NCBI GenBank assembly: GCA_023515725.1
Contig: JALDTO010000074.1
Span: 1-64,000, forward strand
Source of the DNA: Amoeboaphelidium protococcarum X5
Lineage: Eukaryota; Fungi; Aphelidiomycota
Direction: 5' to 3'
DNA: 64,000 bases
How positions within the stretch are numbered: position 1 is the first letter of the stretch; each line of letters begins with the position of its first letter. This document shows, piece after piece, positions 51,984 through 64,000 of this stretch. The translations under genes and the position numbers were made by a program. The notes below the pieces were generated by a model that had not been told where the DNA came from, made no database searches, and worked only from the letters and a program-made list of their open reading frames with translations.

Positions 51984-52907
51984 TCAAATTCCAAGTTTAC
52001 TATTGAACATTTCCACCAGGTCATCTTCAGTATTACCCCAGGTATCATTGTCATCATTATCTGGAAATTCATTATGTTCCGTCACTTTATCCCTATCATC
52101 TTTTATCAATATCTAACTTATAAGAGAATTGGTGGCAGCAATGTAAAATGAATCAAATTATAAACTGTCACCATAATCAGTGCTACTCTAATCAAAAGTG
52201 AGATTCCGCAGATCAATCATTCGAACTTTTAAGTTATCGCTATCTCTAATGCCAGTCATCTATTCTATATCAAGAGCCAAATAGCATAAATCTTCATTAT
52301 TAATTATCTCTTAAAGTTTAGACACGCGAATCTGTAAATCAATTTAAGAAAATGATAGCCTGAGTATAACACATTCACTTTCACACAAAGTTTTTATCAT
52401 TCGCCGCGAAAGCTTATCCAGTACATTACGCGTCAAATTTAGTCTAGTTTATATAACTTACTTTATTAAATCTGAGTCTGTCTATAGAACTTGCTATTTA
52501 TCACTCTTATCAGTTTCGTAGCTCTTACTGACATCTAATGTCTTAGGAGAGAATGGAAGCCAAATAGCATCGAAGTAATCTCCAAGCTGATCCAATAAAT
52601 CAGCGACATTCTTATACTATAGCGATATAATATCCAACTCTGAATTATGTCTCTTCAAGAAGTATGATCCAACACCAGTTTAAACTACAGTACCAAAATT
52701 TATCAACTCAATTTTATGCAACTCCTCGCTACTTTGGAGATCTTTATCATCAAGCGGTTATGATTTGCTCATTTGATTAACTATAGTCTCTGCGGTAATA
52801 ATCTAAAAATCTACTATAGACCATTATAAGTCGACATCTACTTTAATTAAATCTACTTATAAATCACCACGATTCAAATTGATCGTTATACAGTTGTTCT
52901 TTGTCAT
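51984..52907 (-). CDS. Hypothetical protein, about 307 aa
   Basis: ATG 52907 to TGA 51984 open with TAR=Gln; acidic C-terminus; no family recognised. Confidence 0.55.
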
Positions 52908-53010
52908 TGCAGATTCAGCGAAAACCAAGTTGATTCTAAAAAGAGAATGAAGCTCGTATTCCCGTACTGAAAGTAGCAAGTATAAAATGTCTATTGATAC
53001 ACAATTTAAG

Positions 53011-54798
53011 TCACCGAATAGCCTCATAGAATAGCATATAGGCAGTACCATGCGGAAGACATGAGGCGCCAGTATCTGATTTGCTACCACCACTACCAGA
53101 CATTGACCATCCGCCGAGAATGCGCTGCGAAAACGTTGATCGCTCATGATTACTACTGTTAAAGTCTTGGTGCTACGAATAAGCTCCTTCTGCACTCAAC
53201 GACGAACGAGGCACTCCGCTCATAAAACCATATCCAGCACGGCAATCATCAATTTCCTTCTCAAAGTTTAATTGGGAATTTTACTAATCCTATTACTACC
53301 CGGAAGAATCAGCATTGCCGTTACTTTGCATAGAAGTATCAATAATCCCCGCGCCAAAGAGCTGAGCCAGTTGATCCTCATCGACACTTTCCACCACCGT
53401 GTCATCATATACCCACCACCTTCCGGCTGATCGTATAACGGAAATATAATGTCCATAATTAGCACCATTTCCCAGATGTATAACAATTGAGAATAGCTAA
53501 TACAACTGATTGGGATCACTTTCATCCTCAGGAGACTACGATTGCGATGTTGGTGACTAAGATTAAGCCATGGCATTGGACATTCTCATTTATAAAGGAA
53601 ACGATACGCGATTTTGCAGTTTTATATATCCACCATACTATTCCACATACTTGAATCGCTTCAAACAAATCACCAATATCCGTGGAAGTCGCTTTATAAG
53701 CATTCGCTTCTCAGCTTCTTACAACGCTCCACACGCATCACAAAAGAACTTATTGCGCCCACTCATATACTCTGGTGCAGTGAATGCTTTAAGAGCATGA
53801 GTGATAGACGTGTGATTAGATGGGATCTCCAGTGACAGGTCCAGAAATGGCTCAGATCTATAGGTGGCACATTCACAGTGCAAACATTTGGTCTCATTCA
53901 CCAGCTCTCCCTCGAATAACTTGTGAATCCAAGTCTTTTCAGTCGGTTGATCAAGAGAATTATCACCTTACAGCTTTTACAGATCTGCATTCTATTTTTA
54001 CAAGACTTCCGCAATGTTATTTATGAGATAATTGAAGAATTCATGAGCATCGTGATGTATTGGAGCTCTAAATTACTCGTTCACCTACCGCAGGTGATGT
54101 ATAAAATCTTTCGGAGACACGGCCTTCTATTTACCCACAATCGCCGGTTTTAGTTATTACTTTTATTCACCTACGAGGGATCCATTTATAAGAGTTAAAC
54201 TTTGATTACTTGAGGCTGTCTGATTATTAGGCGAAATGGGTGGCGGAACATTAGGAGACACGGTACTATTCTTGGTATTATGAATTAGTACAAAGAGATC
54301 TTTGAGAGCAGATAGCAATGTTACTGACTAAGTAGACTATTAGGTAATTATGTTCGCCAATGGTTTGACAATGTTGTTATAGAGCGACTATGGAGACAGT
54401 AGACTAGCAGTTTTTGGAGAAGTTTATTACTAAGGAGAGAGTAGCGACTTGCTGGTATCTATTTTCAAAGATCGGGTCATCTAACTGCTCTCGCCAACAC
54501 TACTCTCACGCTATAACTCTGACTAATCCTTCGCTTATTATAGCCTCAATAGTACGTCACTATTATACACTCCAGTCGTGAATATTCTATCTCTAAATGG
54601 TTTGCAAAAGTACAGCGATTAAAGCACCGCATTGCAATAACACGTATTTCCAAACTACAAAATTAGTATCCCATAGTTTTAAAACTCGATATTTTTATGA
54701 TTTAATATTACATTAAGGAGACCGAGATGTCTATCGCTGAGTAAAGATGCAGGCTACGGTGTATTAGTACTCCCCTCAGAGTTGAATATCTTAAACAT
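53011..54798 (-). CDS. Ubiquitin-specific protease USP12/46 (CreB/Ubp9-like), 576 aa, intron 54655-54711
   Basis: Cys box GLLN|[21 protein letters not shown] (Q = TAA), HHDAHEF, His box HLGNGANYGHYIS..YDD, terminal AYMLFYE. Confidence 0.93.
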
Positions 54799-55187
54799 GT
54801 TCTAAAGTATATGATTCAGTCGTTGTTTCGTGCTCAAAACTGTAAAAAGAGAAATAAGGGAGATGCAGACGCGTGCGAGAGAACAGATTTTAATGGGCAC
54901 TGCTTGTTCTACCGCAGCAAGAGAGCCTCAACTAGCTGATCAAAATACTACGACATTATATGTACATAATTTATCCTTGACACTTTGTAAATTCACCTGC
55001 AATTTTTATCGTCATTACTAGTTACCTCGTTCAATCATCTTCAAAAAAAGATTTTCACTATAAGACACGACTACGCGATTTTAAAGGTTTAAATGCATGC
55101 GCCAAGTTCACTATGTTTATTGCCATCGGTATATCTATGACTTGCGAATTTTGTCATATGAATAAAATAAAAATTTCATTAGTAAAT

Positions 55188-56426
55188 TCATTCTTCAATA
55201 TCAAGCAAGATGCTCTTCTTTACAGGAGGGAAGAACCTTTTCATAATGAACGCTTTCAAACGATGCCACGACGCGAACAGATGCAAAATCAAGGAATCGT
55301 ACGCGATCATCTTGTTAAACTTGTGGTAATCCACTGCATGGCCCCTCAAATGTTTGGTGTACTATACACCTTTTGAAGCAGACTCAAAAGAATCGAGGTA
55401 CGCATTCAAACACTATCCTACATCGATACTGATTCCCATATTAGTGCCAAGACCGGAGAAAAAGCTACCCGAACGTGCAGCATCACCGACAATAACCAAA
55501 TTTGCACCCGAATGACAGCGCTCGGACAATTCTTCTTGAAAAGAGAACGGCGTGAAGCTACCACCAACAATTGGAAGGGAACGTACCCGACCGCCAAAAA
55601 AGCATTCACTCTTTTTTAGACAAAACTCTTTGATTTTAGCTTCGTCTTTAGTGGCACGTAACTGTGGCGGAAGAGTCACTCCAACAGCACAACGACCACC
55701 GTCCTGATCACAGACAGCAATGCAGCGAACATACTCTTGATATTCTTAGTCATAACCAATTTTGAACGTGCTTCTCAAGTCCTGCAAAACGTCCTTCTCT
55801 ATTTGATGCACACGCAAAGTGCACCAGACTTTGGGACTCAATTGTTTGACTTTAATACCAAGGGAATTTCTGACCAAATTACGAGCTTTACCTTCAGCGA
55901 GGACAATCAGATCTGGTTCAATTACGACCGTTTTCTACTCGCCATCTTCGTCACGAACCTGGAGACAGTACTTCTCACTAGCATCGCAAATCAAGTTCAT
56001 TACCCGTGCATGCTTCATTTTAATGCCAACCTCCAGTGCCTTCTATAGCAAAATTGATTAAAGCTCGCGAATAGGAACAACTTTGAAACCTTTCTAATTG
56101 ATATCTGCCAAGCGCTTGAAATTCAAACCCTCCAAATCATAGGATATCATCTCACTCTCAGTAGCGTCGTCCATATCATTTTTCTATTGAACAAGGCTTT
56201 CTTTGAATGGCAATGAGATATCCAAGTCAAAAGAATTGATAGCACGCCCGTTAATGGTAACGCCAAGGAGTGCCAGTTAAGTGACCGTAGGGGGATTCAA
56301 CATGACAATCTAGGGACGAGTAAATTCAGTTCTTTGATCAATGACGGTAACATCCCAACCACGCTTCTAGAGCAAGAGCGCTGATGCTAGGCCAACTGGG
56401 CCAGAACCAACCACGATAGCATGCAT
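55188..56426 (-). CDS. FAD-dependent monooxygenase/oxidoreductase (UbiH/PHBH-like), 412 aa
   Basis: MHAIVVGSGPVGLASA Rossmann motif, DLIVLAEG, LVIVGDAA..SGLGTNMG; intronless. Confidence 0.8.
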
Positions 56427-56935
56427 AATTTGCGGTAAATATAATACAATGGGAAATGCAGTGCGTGATAGATGCAGCGAAGATCATTCTATTTCGGACG
56501 AGTGGCTTAGCATCAAACCGCATACTTTGGTGACCCCTTTCACAGCGCCATTTAATTGAGGATTGTCTTGGTTTTTATTACTGTAACACCGAGCACAACG
56601 TTTATATATATATACATATCTATTTTGAGATTCTAGCTTATACTGAAGAGTTTTGAGACACAATATTTGCGTAGATAAAATCATTTAAATTCTTCAGTCA
56701 TTATAACAGATGTAACAAATTGGGACTGACATTGCTCGTTACAGCCAATTCTTAGGCGCCTTGTAACTCTCCTTTAACATGACCATTGTATTGCTACGGT
56801 AATAGTCTCCGTCTTGGTGGTTTGCATGTAACAAATGGTAGAAAAAAACAAGCAATGTATCACTGTAATAAAAAATGTAATTCATTATATGTTCAACCTT
56901 TTCACCAACGGGACAGTATTTCAAAGCATCTTTGG

Positions 56936-57391
56936 TCACCAAGCGTAACGCTGGAAGCGATTCCTAGCGCCAGAAGACGCGCCAAAATCGACTTGTCCAA
57001 AGCCACCAGAGATACCGTGCTTATTAATCTTTACTTGCTATTTCTAGCTGCGACGGCTCGTGTTGCCACCGAGAGCAGAGAATCCAGAGGCGATTGACAC
57101 GTCAGTCAAGGCACCTTGATTCTGTTTCAGCATCGCGCGATAAGGCAGATTGTTCACGGCGCCAGCAGAGGAGAAAGGTAGCTGTTTCTAGCCATTAGCA
57201 CCATAATCAGGGATTGTAGAAGGAGTCGTCAGTGAGCGAGGCTAGCCGCTAACCAACGACGGTTGCGACGGCGGTACATCAGCTTGCCCGGAGAGATCAG
57301 ATTGCAGCATCTCGCCAGGTGCTATCAACGATGATTAAACGACGTTTCCATTGCATGACAGTAACTAATTGCAAATTTAATTTGCTTGCAT
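56936..57391 (-). CDS. Hypothetical low-complexity protein, 151 aa
   Basis: Open frame ATG 57391 to TGA 56936 with S/G/Q/P-rich composition; no family recognised. Confidence 0.4.
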
Positions 57392-57650
57392 TTCCTTATA
57401 TATTTCGGCAGATTTACGTGTAATTATTCAAGAAAGAGAAAGGGAATGCTATAGAAGTCAGCGTTGTTGCCATTCATAACAGAATCAAAGCATATTACAA
57501 GCGACGGTTTCTGATTGGTTGATATCACTCGTATTTAAATGAAAGTCGCTGAAGAATGTCCCGTATACGAAAAGTTGAAGTAATTAAAACGCGTCAAGTA
57601 TTAAAAATTATTCCATTCATTATTATCCATCACATTTCACTCAAAGTCTC

Positions 57651-59093
57651 TCAATTACGACGCTGTTGAACCAAATCAGCACCGGCACCAGCTAGGAAAC
57701 CTGCCATCAAGCCGAGAGCACCGCCGGCCAGTCCTGCGGCCATAGGATTCTACTACTGCTGAGGCGGTGGACCACCGTACTGCTACTGTGGAGGATAACC
57801 CTGCTATTGTGGTGGAGGATAGTAAGGCTACTGAGCAGGCGCGTACTGCTACTATGGTGGATAGCCTGGCTATGGAGCGTACCCATACTGAGGCTGCTGT
57901 GGAGGATAGTACGGCTATTGCTGCGGTTGTGGCTGACCATAGTAAGGTGGCTATTGCTACGCTTAGTATGGATTGAACGCCTACGGCTACGGCTGCTGTA
58001 CAGGAGCCTGCTGAGGTTGAGCATTTCCAGGATAACCGTTGTGGGCTTGCTACTAACTTGGTTAAGCTTGAGGTGCAGGGGCTTGAGCTGGCACAATGTC
58101 AGCTGGAGGCGCACTTGCAGTACTAGATGCCTTCTTTTCCTGAGCATGAAATTCAGGATTGATCACGTTACCATCCTTCAGCAGGGCAACGCACAGCTTC
58201 TCGTGATCTCCAGAAGTAACCTTCTTGATCTTTCTCTCCAAACTATCACCAGTCTTCTCCATATAGGCTGCATTGATGTCGTGCAAAAGAGCATTCTTAC
58301 GGAAACGGATCAGCAGACGGTGCAGCTTGCCCTCGTTGATTCCCAGAGTACCCTGGAAGGCCTCCTCAAATTCCTCAGCAAAATACTTTGCACGGTTATT
58401 GACAACTCTGACCAGGTCCAGAAGGGCCTTCTCAATCTTGCCACTAAACTCCTTCTTGATTGCCTTCTCCATGGTGTGACCATGCTTTGCAGCGTAGGTG
58501 GTAAAGACTTGACGCAGCTGAGGATAAGATCTGGTGGCCAAGATGCGGATGAACTCAACCTCATCAGTGCCAAAGCGACCTTCACCAGCAGAGTAGATGG
58601 TCTAGACATCAGCGTTGACATCCTTGTGCAGTTCACCAGTCTCATCACGTCCAGCCTGGATCAGAGCACAAAATAGTTTCTTCATGTCACCGCTGTACTC
58701 ATTCACCAACTTGTCTTCCAGCTCCCTGTTGAACAGAGCCTTGTACGCGTCGCGGATAGCCATAATCTCAGCATTAGTTCTTCCCAGTAGCAGTTCACGC
58801 AATAGCTCATGATCCGTTGTCAAGATACCACTGATCGCCTTCTCAATCTTGCGAGCAGTGAAAACAGCCTCAGAGGTCAAGCACATGGAGAGAAGCTTGG
58901 AGAAGTTACCACCAGTCTCGCTGCCGATAACTTCAAACACCGACTTACCATAGTTGGCCTTGTAACGCTTGTCAACTTGCACCAGCTCTTCCTTGTTCAG
59001 AGACAGAAAGACATCAATCAGCTTCTAGTCATCACAGCCGAAACCTTTAGTTGCCTTGTGGATCAACTCTACAGCGCGTTCAACGTTTGCCAT
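57651..59093 (-). CDS. Annexin with C-terminal P/Q/Y/G-rich tail and glycine zipper, 480 aa
   Basis: Four annexin repeats from residue ~5 (KATKGFGCDD, KAISGILTTD, EGRFGTDE, FQGTLGINE; ETGG, EYSG, EFSG, VTSG), then PQQPYYPP-type tail and MAAGLAGGALGLMAGFLAGAGA; TGA 57651. Confidence 0.93.
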
Positions 59094-59609
59094 TATTATT
59101 GTTGTTAGAGATTTAGTTAGTTGTTTGTATTATTATATTCTAGGATAATAACTACTTACTAAGAGATAAAATACAAAAGAAAAAGACTGATAAGACTGAT
59201 GGGAATATTCCATATAGGCTATGCAATTTATAGACTAATTGGATACATTATGACCCAATCTGAATGACCGGTAATTTTAAACAAGTGATCAACTTGGCAA
59301 CCATTCAAAAGATAAATCACTCTACCTCGAATTATCAGGTAAAGGCATATGAGTGAATTGATAAGTAAGTATTCTTCTAATGTCTAAGTATGATGAACAC
59401 CAGAATCTGAGGCCAACCCACGTGAACTCGCATACGATGATTACATCGGCAAAGTTGCCTATTTGGGCGAAAATTCAACAGATTACGTCAAATTCTCTTT
59501 CCCGTTTCAGCTCCAGCGGCGACTCCACACAGCGCAGTGTTGAACTCATATCTCTCTCTTTGCACAAATCTAACAATTTTATTACATATACAAGCACATA
59601 AGTTTTGGT

Positions 59610-60986
<1,377 letters not shown>

Positions 60987-61186
60987 TTAAGTGAACTTTA
61001 ATTGTGAAAGCCGCAATTATTTTTGGTAATGTGAGAAATTTGTTCATCATTAAGTATTATGTTCATTCAGTTTTATCGTTTCATCTGCAGCTGCTGATTT
61101 AATCTCAGAACTTTAAATTAATAAGAGAATTTACTGGTTAATGAAAACACAATCTATTCAATTTCAAATCTCATCAATTTCTGTCA

Positions 61187-64000
61187 TCAAAGTTCACCGC
61201 CAAGACTACCGCGTCTGGCAAAATTATGAAAGTCTTCATTCGACTTGCTGCTTGAGACTCCGCCATTGTGCCATGCAAAGTAATGAGAGACATTATCTAT
61301 GCCATCTTTCAGCACTTTATGATGATGTCTACCCTTCTGCTTGCTACCATCTTCAACCTTTGATCCGCCATTGACCTATTTCTTGTGCTTCTGACTACGT
61401 AACTGATAGTCGCGCTGTACTTGATCTTCTACATTCTGACTATAGTTTGAAAATCTTCTGAATTAATCTTGATCAGGTGTAGCTCTCGTCAATCCGCCAG
61501 CTACTCTATTGATGTGCCCTGTGCCAACCGGATCAATGCTACCGCGTTTCAATGACTCAGATCCATAGAACTAATCCTCAACTGGGCCTTTAGCCTGAAA
61601 TTCGCGCACACTCTCTTCGTCATACATGCAAGTTTGCTTGGATTAAACATCGCTAAGTAACTCGTAGGCAGGGACTTTTCTATTAACACTTGAACGACGA
61701 TTACTCTGTGCGAAATGGGGAATGTCGGCATGACGCTATTACGGTCTCTAGCTGGAGTCACGAACCGGCGAAGTTTACCTATTACTTATGACATTGTCAG
61801 CAGCAAATGATGGCCTCTTCTAAACCAAATTACTATCAAGGGATTTGTAGCGTCTTGGTGGCATCTCAGACTTTCGGCGAGATTCTACGACATTAACAGC
61901 ACTTGGATCCTAAGCTTACACGGGTAAATTACCACCTTGGGTAATACGTGAATGTTCCAACTACAATTTTTTCATCTAATCATTCAACTGTTGACGCAAC
62001 GAGCTCAGGTCTACCTGGTCCCCATTGGGATTGGCAGTGTTCTATACGTGACTCTTGACAACTTGAGCCATCTTTTGGAGAGCCTAAGCGGTGACGCTAA
62101 TATTTCTCAACATGCTGGCTCTCTTTGATTAGTCCTTTGGTAATTGTCTTTTAGTCTATGTAATTGGCGACTAAAGCACGTCATTCAAAACAGTGTTGGC
62201 AACTTTATACGAATGCTCAATGGATTCGTTTTCAAGTGCAATCTACTGGTCAATTACGCGCTCCAGTCCTGCCTATCTATTAGCGAATTGATGGACAGAT
62301 GGCATATTGCTACTACATTGATCGAGATGCTACTTAAACAATACAGCTTTCTCTTTAATCTAACACCATTTCTAATACCACAACGACCATTTAGCTAATT
62401 GCTCCAAGAAAATGGACACCATAGAATCAGATTCGCTCTCTACCACCTGGATCTCTTTGACCATCTCACACGCAAAAGACGCGTCCAACTAGATGGTGTA
62501 TGCAAACTAATTGTAATTAGACGCAAATTTATGGGCATTCTTTACCATTTTATCGCTTTGAGAAAGCACTTTAGCACATTAACCCTTGGCCAGCTTTGTC
62601 AATGCGGACAAGTCGACATTCTCTGCCATCTCAGTTCCAACATGATCATGAATCAATTTAACGATGTCCGCTACACTAAGAGCCCTTCCTTTAGTCTTGT
62701 CACCAAATCCCCACTCGGATTGATACTCTTTCACAAAGTTAAGCTCCGACTCTAAATCATCGTAGATTTTCTAAGCAGCATCCACAAGAGCAATCATTGC
62801 CGATAGACCATCAAACATCCTTTACACACTACTACCTTTCTTCTTATCAACTGAGACTGCAATTTTATGACTATACTCCGCCAGAATCTTCAACACTTTA
62901 GACTTTCGTTGTAAATAGTCAGCATCAAGGCATGGCACCACAGCTTTGATCTTATTCTCACTCCATTTCAAGTCCAACTCAGTCTAATTGGATGCAAACA
63001 ACTCCTCAAAAGTCTCCTGCTCAGACTCTAGGCTCAGGGCAGTAACCTCCGCCTTTAGATTGGCAAACTGATCATAATCGGCAGAGTCGCACTTCTTACC
63101 ATTCCAAACAGCTTCCAGAACCTTTTGCTGTTCAATAAACTGAGTTAAGGAAGCATCACGGCTGCGATTAAGAATCAGAACATAGGCATTCTATCTCATC
63201 TTATCAAATTTCTCCTCAATACCTGTGACAAATGAACGCGGATCTTAATCCATACTCTGCAAAGAGCATTCACGATACTTTACCAGAAGCGACTTGGCCT
63301 TTTACTCAACACTAGACTTAGGATAGGAGTTTAACAAGCTGCACGCTTCCAACAGCTAGGATAATTCAATCTACTTGAAGCTTTCAATCTGATCGCGCAA
63401 CGTCGTCAGTTCCACCAACTTGGCATCAGTCATCTTCTGCATATCAATCATAAACTCTTTGACCACATTCATACTGGACAGTGAGACATTAACTTGTTAT
63501 TGCTACTATTACTTGGACGAGCGTCTACTAAACGACTGTTAAGCTGCTTGGTCCACTCCAATCATAGAATCCACCAGGCATTGGTTAGAACCATATCTGG
63601 CATCAGGAGCCACAGGCTATGACATGCGTCTCGTGAAATTGGAGATAAGGGACGAACGCTCCGGCAAGTTAGAAGGATGCGGCAAACCAGAGCTAGCACC
63701 ACTATGAATGCACATGATACCGACAACACCATCAAAAAGATCCGAGATCCAGCCTTCATATATGCCATCGACAAGACTGCCGTTCCCAGATCCCATGATG
63801 ACATTGACTGATCCAACCAAAGTCTGCGCTGGACGTTTAAGGGGCTTCAGCTGATCCTGCTACAGAACAGTCTGATGGAAATCGTCAAAATTAGCCTTAT
63901 CCAATTCATCACATGCTCTAGCAATTTTGTCTAAAGCTGCGGTGACTGTATTGCGCAATTCATGAGGAAGTAGAGTGTCCTTCTCTACACACTTATCTAA
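61187..64000 (-). CDS. Large helical/coiled-coil hypothetical protein, 3' part (>930 aa, starts beyond window)
   Basis: Single frame from the window end to TGA 61187-61189 with TAR=Gln, includes track ORF 63617..63820; helical core and disordered basic C-terminus; no family recognised. Confidence 0.7.

Noticed and set aside
56700-56942. Track ORF 56739..56942 with Cys pairs (LITAF-like?)
   Set aside because: No ATG in a plausible position and it overlaps the stop of the 57391-56936 model; motif match too weak.
57807-58676. 289-aa plus-strand ORF rich in L/W/R
   Set aside because: Antisense shadow of the annexin and its repetitive tail.
61187-64000. Assignment of the terminal gene to Nic96/Nup93 or spectrin families
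   Set aside because: No diagnostic motifs found; left as hypothetical.

Overview
Gene-dense eukaryotic nuclear DNA with fungus-like genes, read with a non-standard genetic code: TAA and TAG encode Gln and only TGA terminates (translation table 6). This explains why the supplied ORF track is fragmented. Retranslated by hand, the window holds about 36 closely spaced protein-coding genes, mostly intronless, with short (50-77 nt) GTA...TGTAG introns. Fungal-type genes plus TAR=Gln plus an IFT54 gene point to an aphelid such as Amoeboaphelidium protococcarum (inference). Recognisable genes: NOL10/Enp2, CCX-type Na/Ca exchanger, dCTP deaminase, GTP cyclohydrolase II, Rrp36, Seh1, Dbf2-like kinase, Rvs167, Aco2-type aconitase, SRA1-like, two GPI-anchored DPBB+CBM18 proteins, DENND6, gamma-COP, AP-1 gamma, RING-H2 E3, IFT54, TRIP4/Rqt4-like, SAM methyltransferase, CENP-C-like, alanine aminotransferase, MCFD2-like, PDK1/Pkh, USP12/46-like, FAD monooxygenase, annexin, ATP sulfurylase. 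Most notable: an apparently invariant TGTAG 3' splice site; an annexin whose P/Q/Y/G-rich tail is C-terminal and ends in a glycine zipper; an expansin-like/chitin-binding surface-protein pair (one intact, one degenerate); an intron-containing prokaryote-type dCTP deaminase; and several C-terminal domain losses (ear-less gamma-adaptin, ATP sulfurylase without its APS-kinase-like domain). No RNA genes, CRISPR arrays or transposons were recognised. All family calls come from motif recognition by eye, not database searches.
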